The notes beneath the pieces are model-generated. The model did no database searches. It saw only the letters and a list, made by a program, of their open reading frames with translations, and was not told where the DNA came from. Made by a program: the position numbers and the translations under genes. Below are positions 13,201-24,496 of a DNA stretch of 64,000 nucleotides, one piece after another; the first letter of the stretch is position 1, and each line of letters begins with the position of its first letter. Source of the stretch: Selaginella moellendorffii (lineage: Eukaryota; Plantae; Lycopodiophyta); contig NW_003314276.1 in the NCBI RefSeq assembly GCF_000143415.4, forward strand, positions 1,199,434 to 1,263,433. Direction: 5' to 3'.

Positions 13201-14800
13201 GAATTCCGTTCTTATGCTCATTTGGTCTAAGTACACTCAAAATGCCCAGTTAACTCCATTAGCACAAGAAGGACTGATAAAGGGTCTAACAATACTGACC
13301 TTCTACTGTTGTGGCAATAAGAAAAGAGTGTCCGTAAGGACTAGCCAACAAGTAACTTTCGATACCCAAAGTCACATTCGCAACACTCGGGCTCTTTTGC
13401 ATCAACACACCTCCAAAACCAATATCAAAAGCATTTACACGCAAAATGAAAGGTTGAGTGTAGTCAAGATACATAAAAATTAGAGGAGTCATCAATAACA
13501 CTTTGAGATCTGTAAGCGCTTGCTCACAGTCCAGGGACCAAATGAAAGATAATGTTGACAACTTTAACAATTCTCACAATAGTGCAATACAATAAAAAAA
13601 AAATCAACGAAATGGCCAAGATATTGCACATTACCTAAGAAGCACTACACATCATTCACACACTTGAGAGTAAGGAACTTGAGAATAATAACAAGTTTGT
13701 CAAGATTAACTTGCAAACTTTCATAAGAAATACTATACCTTAAATAAGTCATGTTTTTGAACCCAAACACACACTTTAACCACTTCAGTTCTAAACCAAC
13801 TTCCTATAGCACCTTATAAACATCATGGATATGTTCCTCCCACATCCACTCCAAGTGGATCAAGACATCATCAAAAAAATCAATAATCACTTTTAATATA
13901 TTGCAAAAAACTTTGTCCATCATCCACTAAAAAGTTACTAAAGCATTATTTAAACCAAATAGTATTACTAAAAACTCATATAAACAAAATGATATATAAA
14001 AAGCAATCTTGGGAATATTTTCATTAGCCATCGGCACTTGCTAGTACCCAAAACCAAAATATAACTTAGTGAACCAATGGCTTCTCCTTAGATGATTTAA
14101 GAGATCATCAATATAAGAAAGAGGGTATATATTTAGGAATGTCACTTCATTTAATAGATGATAGTTGATGTAGAAATAAATACTCCCATCAAACTTTGTC
14201 ACAAGATGAGGTTTACACACCTAAGGACTTCGCAATTTTCAGATAACACCATTTTCCAACATCTCATTGATGTTTGTATATAAATCTTTTAGTGACTAAC
14301 AAGGAATAGGAACCTTGATTGGATAAACATCTTTAGTTGGAATAAGATGATATGTTGCAATCTTGGCCCCAAATGACAAGTCAAATTCAAAAAAATTAAC
14401 ATACTTCTTCATGAGTTAGTCAATCGTTACAACATAAAGACCATTGGAGGGATTTGAAGAAGGAATAGAGGAACAAAATAGAAATATAGAAGGAAGTAAT
14501 AGAGAGACAAAAGTGATGGAAATAGAAAGACAAAAAAGAATAAAAATGAGAGGAATTAAATAAATATAAATATGAGACAAAAAGAGAAACCTCAAAGTCA
14601 CATTTAGCATGATTACGCTGCAATCAATTTATACCAAAGATGAGGTCAAAAACTTGACTCAACACTATCTACAACAAGTGCAACTCAAGCTTGAGAGTGC
14701 CCCTACGCACAACTAAGTCTGCCTTACCCCATGCACATGCATGTGTATACCCATTGCCATAAAAAATGTAAATTGACTTTATTGCATGATCCAAATGTAA
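10210..14800 (-). mobile_element. Old Ty3/gypsy retrotransposon remnant (RT-RNaseH-integrase), split by a solo LTR
   Basis: RNase H motif GFGGVLMQK|...HHPIAYINRTLQPVEANYSITNNECLAVV spans the 12241-13385 insertion. Integrase YHPQIDG lies at ~11080-11100, RT-like decayed sequence at 13.6-14.3 kb and the PPT complement CCCCTCCTCTCT at ~10410-10421. Boundaries are approximate. Confidence 0.85.
12241..13385 (-). mobile_element. Solo LTR (1.14 kb, 'TGTAGCGCATGTG' family)
   Basis: TG...CA ends and a 5-bp TSD CTCAG/CTCGG (one transition). Homologous to the LTRs at 47430, 53439 and 62749. Strand is taken from the PBS/PPT of those copies. Confidence 0.92.
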
Positions 14801-14982
14801 ATGGCAGCATGTAGCAATAGGCCAAGCAATAGAAGATAAAATCAACCTTATATCAACTAATATAAAGAGAATAATATGAGACCTTTTATTCTAAAACGAG
14901 ATTAGAAAGTAAGCACTAGATGAATTAGTGCTAAGTGAACCCTTTGATAGTACTCTTGAAATAAATATGGAGGGGTCATTAT

Positions 14983-15205
14983 AATGCATGTCTTTTACCC
15001 TATTGTGATTTACTATAAGATAACTATGGAGTAAAACTTAAACCCTTAAACACATGGGCCAAAGGCAATGAAGTGGAACCTAAGTTCAAGGCCTTGGGCC
15101 ACTGAATGAAGGTATGAAGCCAAACTTTTGAATATATAACCAAGAAGCGAAAAAAACTAAAGCATGGAACAACTCTCAAGCATACAGCCCAAAGAGTGAA
15201 GGAAC
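14983..15205 (-). mobile_element. Degenerate fragment of the same LTR family
   Basis: Similar to 12245-12510 (ttttaccc...tgatttac.atag/aaga.aac, ggccttgggccactgaa.gaagg). Confidence 0.7.
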
Positions 15206-15239
15206 ACTAGTTCTATAGCCCCTAGATTTTACCCAAGAA

Positions 15240-15965
15240 TTCCACTTCTTCACTTAGCTCTTGGATACAATATATTCAATTGCTATCTATTAAGCTGACA
15301 ATAAGATTATGATGCATGTGTCTATTTTCTTAAGCAAGGACTTCTCATCTCTCTTGGCTCAACTTAATCATTCTATAGCAACTATTGTATATGCTTTTCA
15401 TCACCTTTGCCATTATTTTATGCTGAAGAGGATAATGATTCATATTCCAGTGAATCCTTTAATGTACTTTCTAGGCAAGCCCATATTACAAGTCCATCAT
15501 GCTTATTGAATTCTCCAGCTATCCAAATTTGATTTCAAGATCAAGCTGGAGAAGTCTTGAGTGTTCGATCCCAAGAGCCTTGGCTTTTCATTTTTAGATG
15601 AGGATAACACTCATAATTTTTTATAATACCTTGGAGACACTTTCAGCTATTATACTGATGTGGGTCATCCCTAGTATGCCAACATCATCTAGGTTTTTCA
15701 AGGCCAATCACTTTTCTCATTTCTCTATACATGAAAAACACAAGGTTTTCCAAACAACAACAAAGTATGTCATCTTGGGTGGGATTCTTTTCCAGCAATA
15801 TTTTGATGGTGATTTTTGATGTGTCAATGATACTAAGGTTGCTGAGATCCTTCCTGTATGCCACAGCTGCTTTGAACACTTCTCAAGCATGCTTGCAGCA
15901 AAACAGGTAATGTAGCTGGCTATTATTGGCCAAATTTATTAACAGATGCTATGAAACCAACTAAT
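15240..15965 (+). mobile_element. Ty3/gypsy (Tat-like) RNaseH/integrase-zinc-finger fragment
   Basis: HHLCHYFML...NPLMYFLGKPIL resembles LRHYF...PL.Y.L.KP.L; YVILGGILFQ..FDG follows. Confidence 0.6.
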
Positions 15966-16709
15966 CCACCCATAAGACTCTTTTAAAATGGTAGAGAACT
16001 ATCCACTCTAACTCCTCAACTTCATACTAGTAGTGAATAGTAACAGCTCATGAGCTCACAAGATCTAGATGCCCATGCCAAGTCATAAATAAATGAAATG
16101 AAAAGGTAAGCAATCACAATGCACTTTCCAAGAGCATCTTGACAAGAAACCTTGATGACAACTTGACTTACAAATGCTCACTTAAGCATTATCATAGCAA
16201 ACAAAATCTACCACAATCTTGAATCAAAGAGTACATGAACATGATTAGTGTATCACAGCAAAAGGTAAGTGAGTAGCATGAGCACACAAGGACACTACAA
16301 AAAAACAAGCTACACTAAAAAGTAAAATTACCAATCATTGTGCTAAGTTATCTTACAAGCATTCCTAGCTCAAAATTAAGACTGTGAATCCAAAACAATT
16401 CTAATTCTCACAAGGAAATGGAGAATTTGAAAGTTATGAAATTTAAGAAACCAAAAGAACAAAAAGAAAAGTGTGAGACACAAATCCCTAAAACCCAAAG
16501 TGGAGCCGAAAGGGTGTTATGTGGTAGTGGCTAAAGTGAAAGCCAAACGAGCGTAATACGTTTGGACTAAAAGCTCCAACTTAAAATGTTGAGAGCGGGA
16601 GTGAAACTCCTAAACAAAGGGCACGAGGAGTGAGCTTGAAGTGAGCAATAAGTGAGTCTCTAGGAAAAGGATATAAGAGGACTAACACATGACACATAGA
16701 AGTGTTAAA

Positions 16710-17150
16710 ATGGACCCGAGATGGAGTCCGAGATGGAGTTCAAGATGGACCCAAGATAGAGTCTGAGTTAGAGTCCAAAATGGACCCGAGATAGAGTCCA
16801 AGATAGAGTCTAAGATGGACCTAAGATGGAGTCCAAGATAGACCTGAGATGAAGCCCGAGATGGACCCAAGATGAAGTTTGAGATGGACCTGAGATGGAG
16901 TCTACGATGGAGTCTAAAATGGACCCAAGATGGACCCGATATGAAGTCTGAGATGGACCCAAGATGGAGTATGAGATGGAACCAAGACCGAGACCGAGAG
17001 TAAAACTGAGACTGAGACAAAGACCGAGTCTGAGTCTAAGACCGAGACCAAGACTAAGTCTGAGTTCGAGTTTGAGTGCGAGTTCAAGTTTGAGTTTGAG
17101 TTTGAGTTCAAGTCCAAATCCGAGTCTGAATACTAATACAGGTTGTTGGG
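16710..17150 (+). repeat. Decayed 11/12-mer (GAGATGGAGTCC/GAGATGGACCC) and hexamer tandem array inside the LTR
   Basis: Same array as 30797-31386, with many CG>TG/CA changes. Confidence 0.9.
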
Positions 17151-18497
17151 TGAAAGCCCAAAGCGATCTTCCCTCGGGGGAGGAGGGGCTTGCAGGGGGT
17201 TCCAAAAGTATAGTAGGGAGAGTGTGGGGGTACTCCAATGGAACTAATTTCGCTAGGAAATGCTAGTGTGGTGCCCACCAAGAAGGTTATACCCACGTGT
17301 TGGGTGATGATATAACTACTGGAAACCAAAGCTAGAGTGAATACAGACAGACAAGCAGGGCAGCTTGGTGAAGTGTTTAAGAGCCAGCTCTAACTCCCCC
17401 GGGAGATCAAATTGTCGATGCTCCTAATCCAAGTGTGGGTGGCACTACCTACTCGGATATCTAGTGTGACTCATCAGAACCTCGCTCTTACCACTTGGCT
17501 AGGGCACCCAAAGGCAGATGGTGGGGAGAGTACCCACGAGACTCGTGCAGGGCCGTGGTGTTTCAAAATGTTGTTCCAGAGTCCCAGACTAAGGAAAGGA
17601 AAAGGAGCAGTCCTCTTGTGTGGTGACCAAAGATGTAGTCATATGACAAGGGAGTCCTAGAGGCTAATGAGGCATAGTGGTCAGGCCTATGGGCCTTGAC
17701 CCAATAGCAATATTGGCGAACACGACCGTGGACAAAAAGGGATGTGGTAGGGATCGAAAAAGGGATATTGGGGAAGGTTATTCCCTATGTCTATAGGCAT
17801 CCTGAAGATGCTAAGGAGTGGATATGGGATGATCACTCATAGACAGATGGCCTAGTCTTTGAGAGATGGGATTGTGATGTAAGTGGTATTGGATCACTAA
17901 TGTGACAAAGGTGATTGGGTATGGCCTAAACGTAATAGGATGATATGTCGGTGGTACATTTGAGTGTCGGTCATAGGATCAAACACATGGAGCATTTAGA
18001 CCAAGTGCAATGGTTGAGTGGCATGGATGTTATTCTCGGGGCTAGCAAGTCCCCAAATCTAGAATAGAACTTATGGAGGTTGTGAGTAAAACTCCTCCAA
18101 GTGGTTGAATGTGTGGTTAAGTGATTAAAGTAGAATGGAAAATTTAGTTTCTTACAATTTGGTATCGAAGTTGTTCCTTAGTTCAACTTTTATTAGTAGT
18201 AAAATATATCACCACTTGTTTTGGCATTGAAACGTCCCAAAAGTGGGCTTATCCTCAAGGAGTAGCATGACAAAATGGCATGACTCTTCACCTTAGTTCA
18301 TAAGTGAACATGTTGACAATGTGGTGGATAGAAAAGAGACCAATTAGGGAATGACTTTGGGATCTTGGGAACAATATAAGGTTTTTCTCATAGAGTTAAG
18401 GATGTGATCCAAATGAGCATTTGACTTAGCAAACTGGCTAATATAATTATGGTAAACAACTATAGTTAGAATCACAAAAAAGATAGAGATTCCAAAA

Positions 18498-18524
18498 AAG
18501 CTCTATTTCGTTAAAGTGGGATTT
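18498..18524 (+). repeat. Left terminal inverted repeat
   Basis: Reverse complement of 40771-40797 with 2 mismatches. The exact first base is ambiguous within the A run. Confidence 0.88.
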
Positions 18525-19157
18525 ATTCAGTAAAATGGGACTAGGTACAAATTTTCAAGTATTTGAAAATGACGTGAAATTATATGTTTTTTGTCCAGGG
18601 GCTAGACATATCTGGGGCATGGTGACTAGCGCGGTGACTTTGTGTCCAGACTGAGTCCATCTGGTTGTATAATAAATCTCATTGTCAAGGTGAACAAGCC
18701 GAATCTGAAGCTAAAGAAGAGGGATGGCATGCGCGCACACACTATTTGTTTGTTCATTGAGCGTGTGGTGAGCTTTCCAAGATGAACGTCATTCCTATTA
18801 GCCAGACATATAACTTAATGGTGAGAACATTTAGATATTATTCAATGTTATCTTTTTCTAATGAATCTAATTGTGAAGGTGTAGCAAGAGGCATTGCTAG
18901 TCTGGAGAAGTCATTTAACTCATTTGACCCTTAGTGTATTTTCATGAAACTAAATAACATTCATATTATTAAGGAATTTCTCTAGTACCTTTTTTTTACG
19001 ACATAGAGGCTTGCATTTCTTTCAAAGGTGATTTAGTAAAAGGCCTGAGGGCACATGCCATTCTATTTCTCAGACCGGTATTAAGATATACTAGTGCAAA
19101 GGGAAAAAGGCATTTGGTGATCAAGTAAATGGCATGAGGGCACACGCCATTATAAGC

Positions 19158-19517
19158 CTAAGCGCTAGTGGACACCTCCTTTTTGGTACTCTCAGCGGTA
19201 CTATCATCCTTCTCCGGGTCAGTTGTTTTGCTTTGGATTGTTGTCTCTGACGTTACTAGGGCGTTCTCGATAGTTGTTAATGTTGCCGTTTGTTCAGAAA
19301 AATGATCACCTGGAGTATAGTATGGGGAGTTTGGAAGACTTATATATTTTACATCTTCACCTATCTCCTTCTCCGTCTCCTTTTCTGCCTCACTTACAGA
19401 TTTTGTGCTTGCCATGAGAACGCTCTTCACCCTAAAATATGGAGTTCGTTGTGTTATAAAAGGAAACCAACACACACGCTGCAAGGGAATGATGGTACAT
19501 AAAGCACGTAAGCCCAC
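19158..19517 (-). CDS. Small hypothetical Thr/Glu-rich ORF or exon inside the transposon
   Basis: Open frame with a protein-like acidic/Thr-rich composition from MASTKS onward. A possible acceptor TTTTAG lies near 19432, and palindromes flank it. No recognisable domain. Confidence 0.3.
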   Translation of the reverse strand: MGLRALCTIIPLQRVCWFPFITQRTPYFRVKSVLMASTKSVSEAEKETEKEIGEDVKYISLPNSPYYTPGDHFSEQTATLTTIENALVTSETTIQSKTTDPEKDDSTAESTKKEVSTSA

Positions 19518-20128
19518 AATATGGGTTTATGTGCCATTAATATGGGCCACATGCCATATTATTAGATTTATGCACGTGTGATTGGTAAATGCATATGTCA
19601 CATCATCTTTGTTTTACCTCACACACTATATCAGGCCTAATGAACCATATCACATGTGCGCACATGCTATATATATGGAGAAGTATTATGCAAGGATAGA
19701 AAAATTCAATGCATGATTGTGGAGAGCAATGGCATGAAGCCACATGCTAAATAACATTTTAGAGAAAGAATTAAAATAGAAACATGCAAATAGTACTGAG
19801 TGGACCAAGACTTAGAAGTGCACAATTGAATGAGGTATTTCTAATAAATATTTCACTCACCTCATATAGGAATGGCTACCACTCTCAAATGGCGTATCGC
19901 CTCATGCCATCAAATCGCAATTTGTTATAACAATCCGATGAATTCATATTCAGCTTGTTCACCTTGAACTTTAAGTAAGATTTGCTAGAACAACTAAGAA
20001 TTTATACTTGTTATTTGTATCATCTCACCTAGGAATGGCGTAAGGCCACATGCCATCACGCCTCCTCTGATTCAGATTCGGATTGTTCACCTTGAAATAA
20101 AATACATTAGAAACTTAGTAAAGGAATA

Positions 20129-23100
20129 TTAATGAATCTCACCTTGAACCCGAGTTATAAATGCTCTTGCTACATCTTTTGCATGGTCTGGCAAGGTGAT
20201 GGTGGCACTCTGCTTCCGCATCCAACCATGCACAACATTATCCACCGATATGCTCATGCTGGGATCCCTTGGATTCAGCACCCATCTCTTTTCTAGGCAA
20301 TCCTTCGTATATCCGGAACTTGGCTTGAACCACTCCACAACTACATTGAAGGAGTTAGTTTCCGTGTCCTCCTCTGCATCAGTGATGTAGCGCCCCACCC
20401 ATATCATTTGTTTTTTATTACTGGGTCTAACAAGCACGACCATTCCTTTGCAGACCTGTACTGGATTGAATGCTGAATCCGGCTTGTTGTTCCTCGGCCC
20501 ACAATAGTGATCCTCAACATCGTTATCTATCACTGCATTTTCAGAGGACATTGTTCCGCTACTATCTGGTGCTCTGGGTTCTGGCCAAAAGGACTCTTCC
20601 AATTCTTCATATACAACCGGCCCATTTTGGATAGCAGATATAATCTTCTCCCAGTATTCGAGCAAAGGCTTACACCTCTTAAAATAGGATTCTCCACCAA
20701 ACACCAACCCCCTCTTCCAGAAGGCAATATGCTGTCTAATCCCAGCCACTATACTTTCTTGGTCTTTGAGTCCATCCGGGTGCATCGGCCGTGGGGAACC
20801 CTGAGGAATCATAGGTTCCCCAGTTATGGGATCTCTCTTGAAGAGTTCAATGCCGTCCATTGGCAGCCACACTGTGTCCCATTCTCTCATCTTGTACCTC
20901 ATCACTAGAGCACCATCACGCATGCTGAAATGAAACTGAAGAGGCTTGGAGTGGCCAATCAGTGTTTCGGATCCATCCCTAATGTAGCCTTTTACAAACC
21001 CCTTAAAGTCTGGAACCTCTGTCACAAGTGCAGCTTCAACAGTGCCTTTGATGCAATTTTGGAATTCATCGTAGAGTTGTGGGAGGGTGAGGACATTGGA
21101 TCGCCAGAGGGACTCTGCCAGGTGACTGAACATGGCATCGACGTCTTCATGAGTGTGCCCAACCATGAGAAAGCCAAGTGTAACCGTTTCAAATATGCCT
21201 TTGACAACAAGCATCGCCAAGTACGCGAAGACGTACATGTTTTTGTTCTCACTGCCAGCATTGTCTATTTGGAGCAGAAGATGGGGTGGAAGGCCACATC
21301 GGCCGCAAGAACTTCCTTGAGATTCTGCTTTGTTTGGATGAGGCTGTGCATTCACCGGGCGACCAACCTCGTCGGAATGGCATGAGGCCTCACGTGATAA
21401 CCCTACAATCTGACGGCCAACATATTCACTAGGATGGCATGGGGCCCCACGCGATACTGCAAGCCTTTGCTCCTCCTTCAGCTGAACCCTGTATGGGGTT
21501 CGATCGACAAGGGCCTTATGCAAGGGTTGGCCGTTCAGCTCAGTCTGTGCACTTTGCAGAGACCTTAAGTGTTTTGCTAGGGACGCAATCATCATGTTTG
21601 CACCCCCGCCACCCCATAGAGGTACAAAGAAGTTCCCATAGTTCTGGGCACCATGCCCATGAGCGATTATGCCAAACAGAGACACAGGCAGCTGCATGGA
21701 TGAAGAGATTGCCTTGGGGGCAGGATTGAGTCGAGGTAAGCACGTCTTTTTCTGGTCCATTTTGTCGTGGATGATGCAGAGGTAAGAGTCAGGTCTCTCC
21801 ATGGAGAGAATCCTGTTATGATAATATGCAGTCCTGCAGCTTCTCTGCTCGATGTTGTGGTCGAGACGCCTTCTAACCAACGTCTCTCGCTCTTGAGCAC
21901 TGCAAGAATTCTTCGACAAAGCCATTTTGATAGCAGTGCACTCGTCACACTTTGAAAAGCTGGAGTACTTTCCTATACTCACATCCCTGAACCTGTTGCT
22001 CCACAATCTACTAAATCTAGATTGGCTCAGCTTCCTGTAGCCATTACTCTGGAGTTCCCGATTCACATCTTCCAATATGGCCCCCTTGGTATACATGGAA
22101 GGGAGAACTCGTTGGGTGTCTCGTGTTCCATCTTCCAAGAGGCGGGTTTTATGTGGTTGCTGCTCGCTACATGTCTTGACAAACCTCTTGAAGATTGCCT
22201 CTCCATATACAACATGACCTCTGGTTTTGTGCGTACCGTCGTTCCCATGGACTGCCTGTTGAACCCTTTGTTCCTCGAACTCAGTTTTGATTCTGTAGAA
22301 TGTGCTTCGAGGGACTCCATAAATGATTCTCCATGCCTTCATGCAGACCAAACCCCTCTGGAAGACCATGCCCCCCACCTGATGTTCTGAAGCATCAACA
22401 GATGACCGTAATGCCTCATACACAAAATTGCGAGCTGCCTTCCAGGACAATGTCTTGTATCTTGCTCTCTCCTCTTCAATAGCATCCCAATCAGCATGTT
22501 GACAGCACCTCCTCTTGCAACAAGCAACTGTCGAGACCATTCGAACCTCCATCGCCATTTTCTGCCTTTTCGGTTCGTTGCTCAGATCCTTTTGGCTGCG
22601 CTTTAGGAAGGTGTACTTTCTTTTCCCATGAAGAGATGTTCTGTCATCAGTTGTAGTGGTGTTTGATTGTGAATCCTTCACATTCTCAAACACTAAGTGC
22701 CTCATTTTCCACCACACAATGCTTCCAATAGTTAGATTGTTTTCTTCTGTGTCAACAACCTCTAAAATCGCAACTCCAATATCATCCAAGCCCAATTCTT
22801 GATTAGCAACCGCATCTCTTGGATCGACAACTGTGGCTAAGCCCTCAGCTACCACCTCCCCTTCGGGGTTGTTTAGAAACACCTTTGCCTGAATCCATGT
22901 AGCACGGTTCTTAAGATCCACAAAGGGAACATGTGTCACACTTGCGCTGTCCCCAACATCTGCTTTCTTCTGAAGATTTTTCAAGGCAACAACATTTACC
23001 CCGACGACCATCTCTCCTCGTTCAATAGCGACCACATTCCCATCGAAGACAGTCTCTACTAATACAGTAGCATTGCCTTCCCCAAGCCTTTGACAGTGTA

Positions 23101-23194
23101 TAACAAAGTTCCGATCCATAGACACAAGGGTCCCTTTTGCAACTCTCTTCCCACCATTCAAAATGTAAACCTTTTCCCCAACCCTGAAGGCCAT
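20129..23194 (-). CDS. Intact 1021-aa DDD-type transposase (Sola-like, DUF7869-type) with two N-terminal TnpA/Transposase_23-like domains and a C-terminal BAH/Tudor-like segment
   Basis: Motifs CCKRRCC...VCMKAW..IYG, FSKCDEC, IIHDKMDQ, LLLQIDNAGSENKN and GFLMVGHTHEDVDAMFS. N-terminal repeats are VGEKVYIL...VAKG...IHCQRLG...VLVETV and KVFL...VVAEG...IGSIVWW. The ATG is preceded by a splice acceptor (CTTTCAG), implying an upstream intron. Confidence 0.88.
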   Translation of the reverse strand: MAFRVGEKVYILNGGKRVAKGTLVSMDRNFVIHCQRLGEGNATVLVETVFDGNVVAIERGEMVVGVNVVALKNLQKKADVGDSASVTHVPFVDLKNRATWIQAKVFLNNPEGEVVAEGLATVVDPRDAVANQELGLDDIGVAILEVVDTEENNLTIGSIVWWKMRHLVFENVKDSQSNTTTTDDRTSLHGKRKYTFLKRSQKDLSNEPKRQKMAMEVRMVSTVACCKRRCCQHADWDAIEEERARYKTLSWKAARNFVYEALRSSVDASEHQVGGMVFQRGLVCMKAWRIIYGVPRSTFYRIKTEFEEQRVQQAVHGNDGTHKTRGHVVYGEAIFKRFVKTCSEQQPHKTRLLEDGTRDTQRVLPSMYTKGAILEDVNRELQSNGYRKLSQSRFSRLWSNRFRDVSIGKYSSFSKCDECTAIKMALSKNSCSAQERETLVRRRLDHNIEQRSCRTAYYHNRILSMERPDSYLCIIHDKMDQKKTCLPRLNPAPKAISSSMQLPVSLFGIIAHGHGAQNYGNFFVPLWGGGGANMMIASLAKHLRSLQSAQTELNGQPLHKALVDRTPYRVQLKEEQRLAVSRGAPCHPSEYVGRQIVGLSREASCHSDEVGRPVNAQPHPNKAESQGSSCGRCGLPPHLLLQIDNAGSENKNMYVFAYLAMLVVKGIFETVTLGFLMVGHTHEDVDAMFSHLAESLWRSNVLTLPQLYDEFQNCIKGTVEAALVTEVPDFKGFVKGYIRDGSETLIGHSKPLQFHFSMRDGALVMRYKMREWDTVWLPMDGIELFKRDPITGEPMIPQGSPRPMHPDGLKDQESIVAGIRQHIAFWKRGLVFGGESYFKRCKPLLEYWEKIISAIQNGPVVYEELEESFWPEPRAPDSSGTMSSENAVIDNDVEDHYCGPRNNKPDSAFNPVQVCKGMVVLVRPSNKKQMIWVGRYITDAEEDTETNSFNVVVEWFKPSSGYTKDCLEKRWVLNPRDPSMSISVDNVVHGWMRKQSATITLPDHAKDVARAFITRVQGEIH

Positions 23195-23550
23195 TCTGAA
23201 AGTGCAGAAAAGAAGTTAAGACCATACAAAAAATGATTGGAGAATGGCCTAAATCATAACATACCAAACAACCTCAATAGCATGAGGCCACATGCCATTA
23301 TTCAAATATGCTATTGACACCCACGTGAAATTTCGCATTCACAAAATTGGCATGAGGCCTCATGCCATCTTGATATACACACAGTTGCAGGCAAGTAAAA
23401 ACATACATGACAATACGCTAGCCATGAAATTGCAAGAGCCCAAGATGGCATGTGGCCTCATGCCATTTCTAAATGTGGTCCTAAGCCATTCCATGGTGAA
23501 CATACCAGGAAGCACAAGTGCTGAATAAGCGGTAGCCACACCAAAGACAG

Positions 23551-23690
23551 TGCCGCTCGCAACACCACAACTACTTGTAGCGCCGCTCGCAACACTGCAA
23601 CTGCTCGTAGCGCCGCTCGCACAAACTGCCACTCGCATAAACTGCCGCTCGCAATGGCGCTCGCAATGCCGCAACCGCTTGTAGATGCAT
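23551..23690. repeat. GC-rich short tandem repeats (GCCGCTCGCAAC.., ~30-bp unit) upstream of the transposase
   Basis: CGCCGCTCGCA-type core recurs at 23551, 23581, 23611 and 23643. Confidence 0.75.
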
Positions 23691-24470
23691 AAACCACAGC
23701 TCACAACGCCGCTTACACAAGCAGCGCTCACTGCGCTCAGCGGAACCAAGAACATGGCGCACAAAAATGATAGACCTAGGAATGAGTTCGAGAATTCAAA
23801 AATAACACACGCTTGAACTTCACATCAAATCCTCTGACAAACCAGATCTTATGATTCCTTTGACAAATTTCAAACTGAGTAGCTTCTAGACTTTGCTGTC
23901 GGAGGTTGAACTTTGTCACATCATGTCCTTGCCTCGATCCAGCTGTGCCATGTCAGTGATTCGAACTTTGCCATGCCGTGTGAGCGATCCGCGCCAAGAT
24001 TATTCGCCATGTAAAGGAATAATTATGCTGTGTGTGTACGTCCATTTATGGTAATATAAGGCCACACGCCATTCAAAGAATAATGCTAGTCGAGCATTTT
24101 TTGGTGCATTTTTGGGTTCAAAATTGCATGAGCCCACACGCTATAAAGTTTACCTGTACCAAAAATAGAAACAGCTTTATTTACTTGGGAATTTAAGTGG
24201 TTGAGGCATTTTTAAACTTACAAAAACATGCCCTACTTACATTCCTTTGGTTGCTTAAAATTCAAAAATATTATAAACCTTTCTTTTTGCATTTTCAATG
24301 TTTTCAATTATGGTTTTTGATTTTCGCAGGACCAGCCTAGTAATCTATTTGCATCCCGTCATATTTATAACTAGCTTTCGTTTGTCCCCTTCGCTAGTCT
24401 GAGATACATCTGCTCGGCATCTGCCTCTTACAGCATTTGCCCAGAAAGGGCATCTTTCTTTTACCACATA

Positions 24471-24496
24471 TTTAGGGTTTAGGGTTTAGGGTTTAG
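24471..24496 (+). repeat. Plant telomeric repeat tract (TTTAGGG)3+TTTAG (telo-box-like)
   Basis: Read directly; lies between the two divergent genes of the transposon. Confidence 0.9.
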
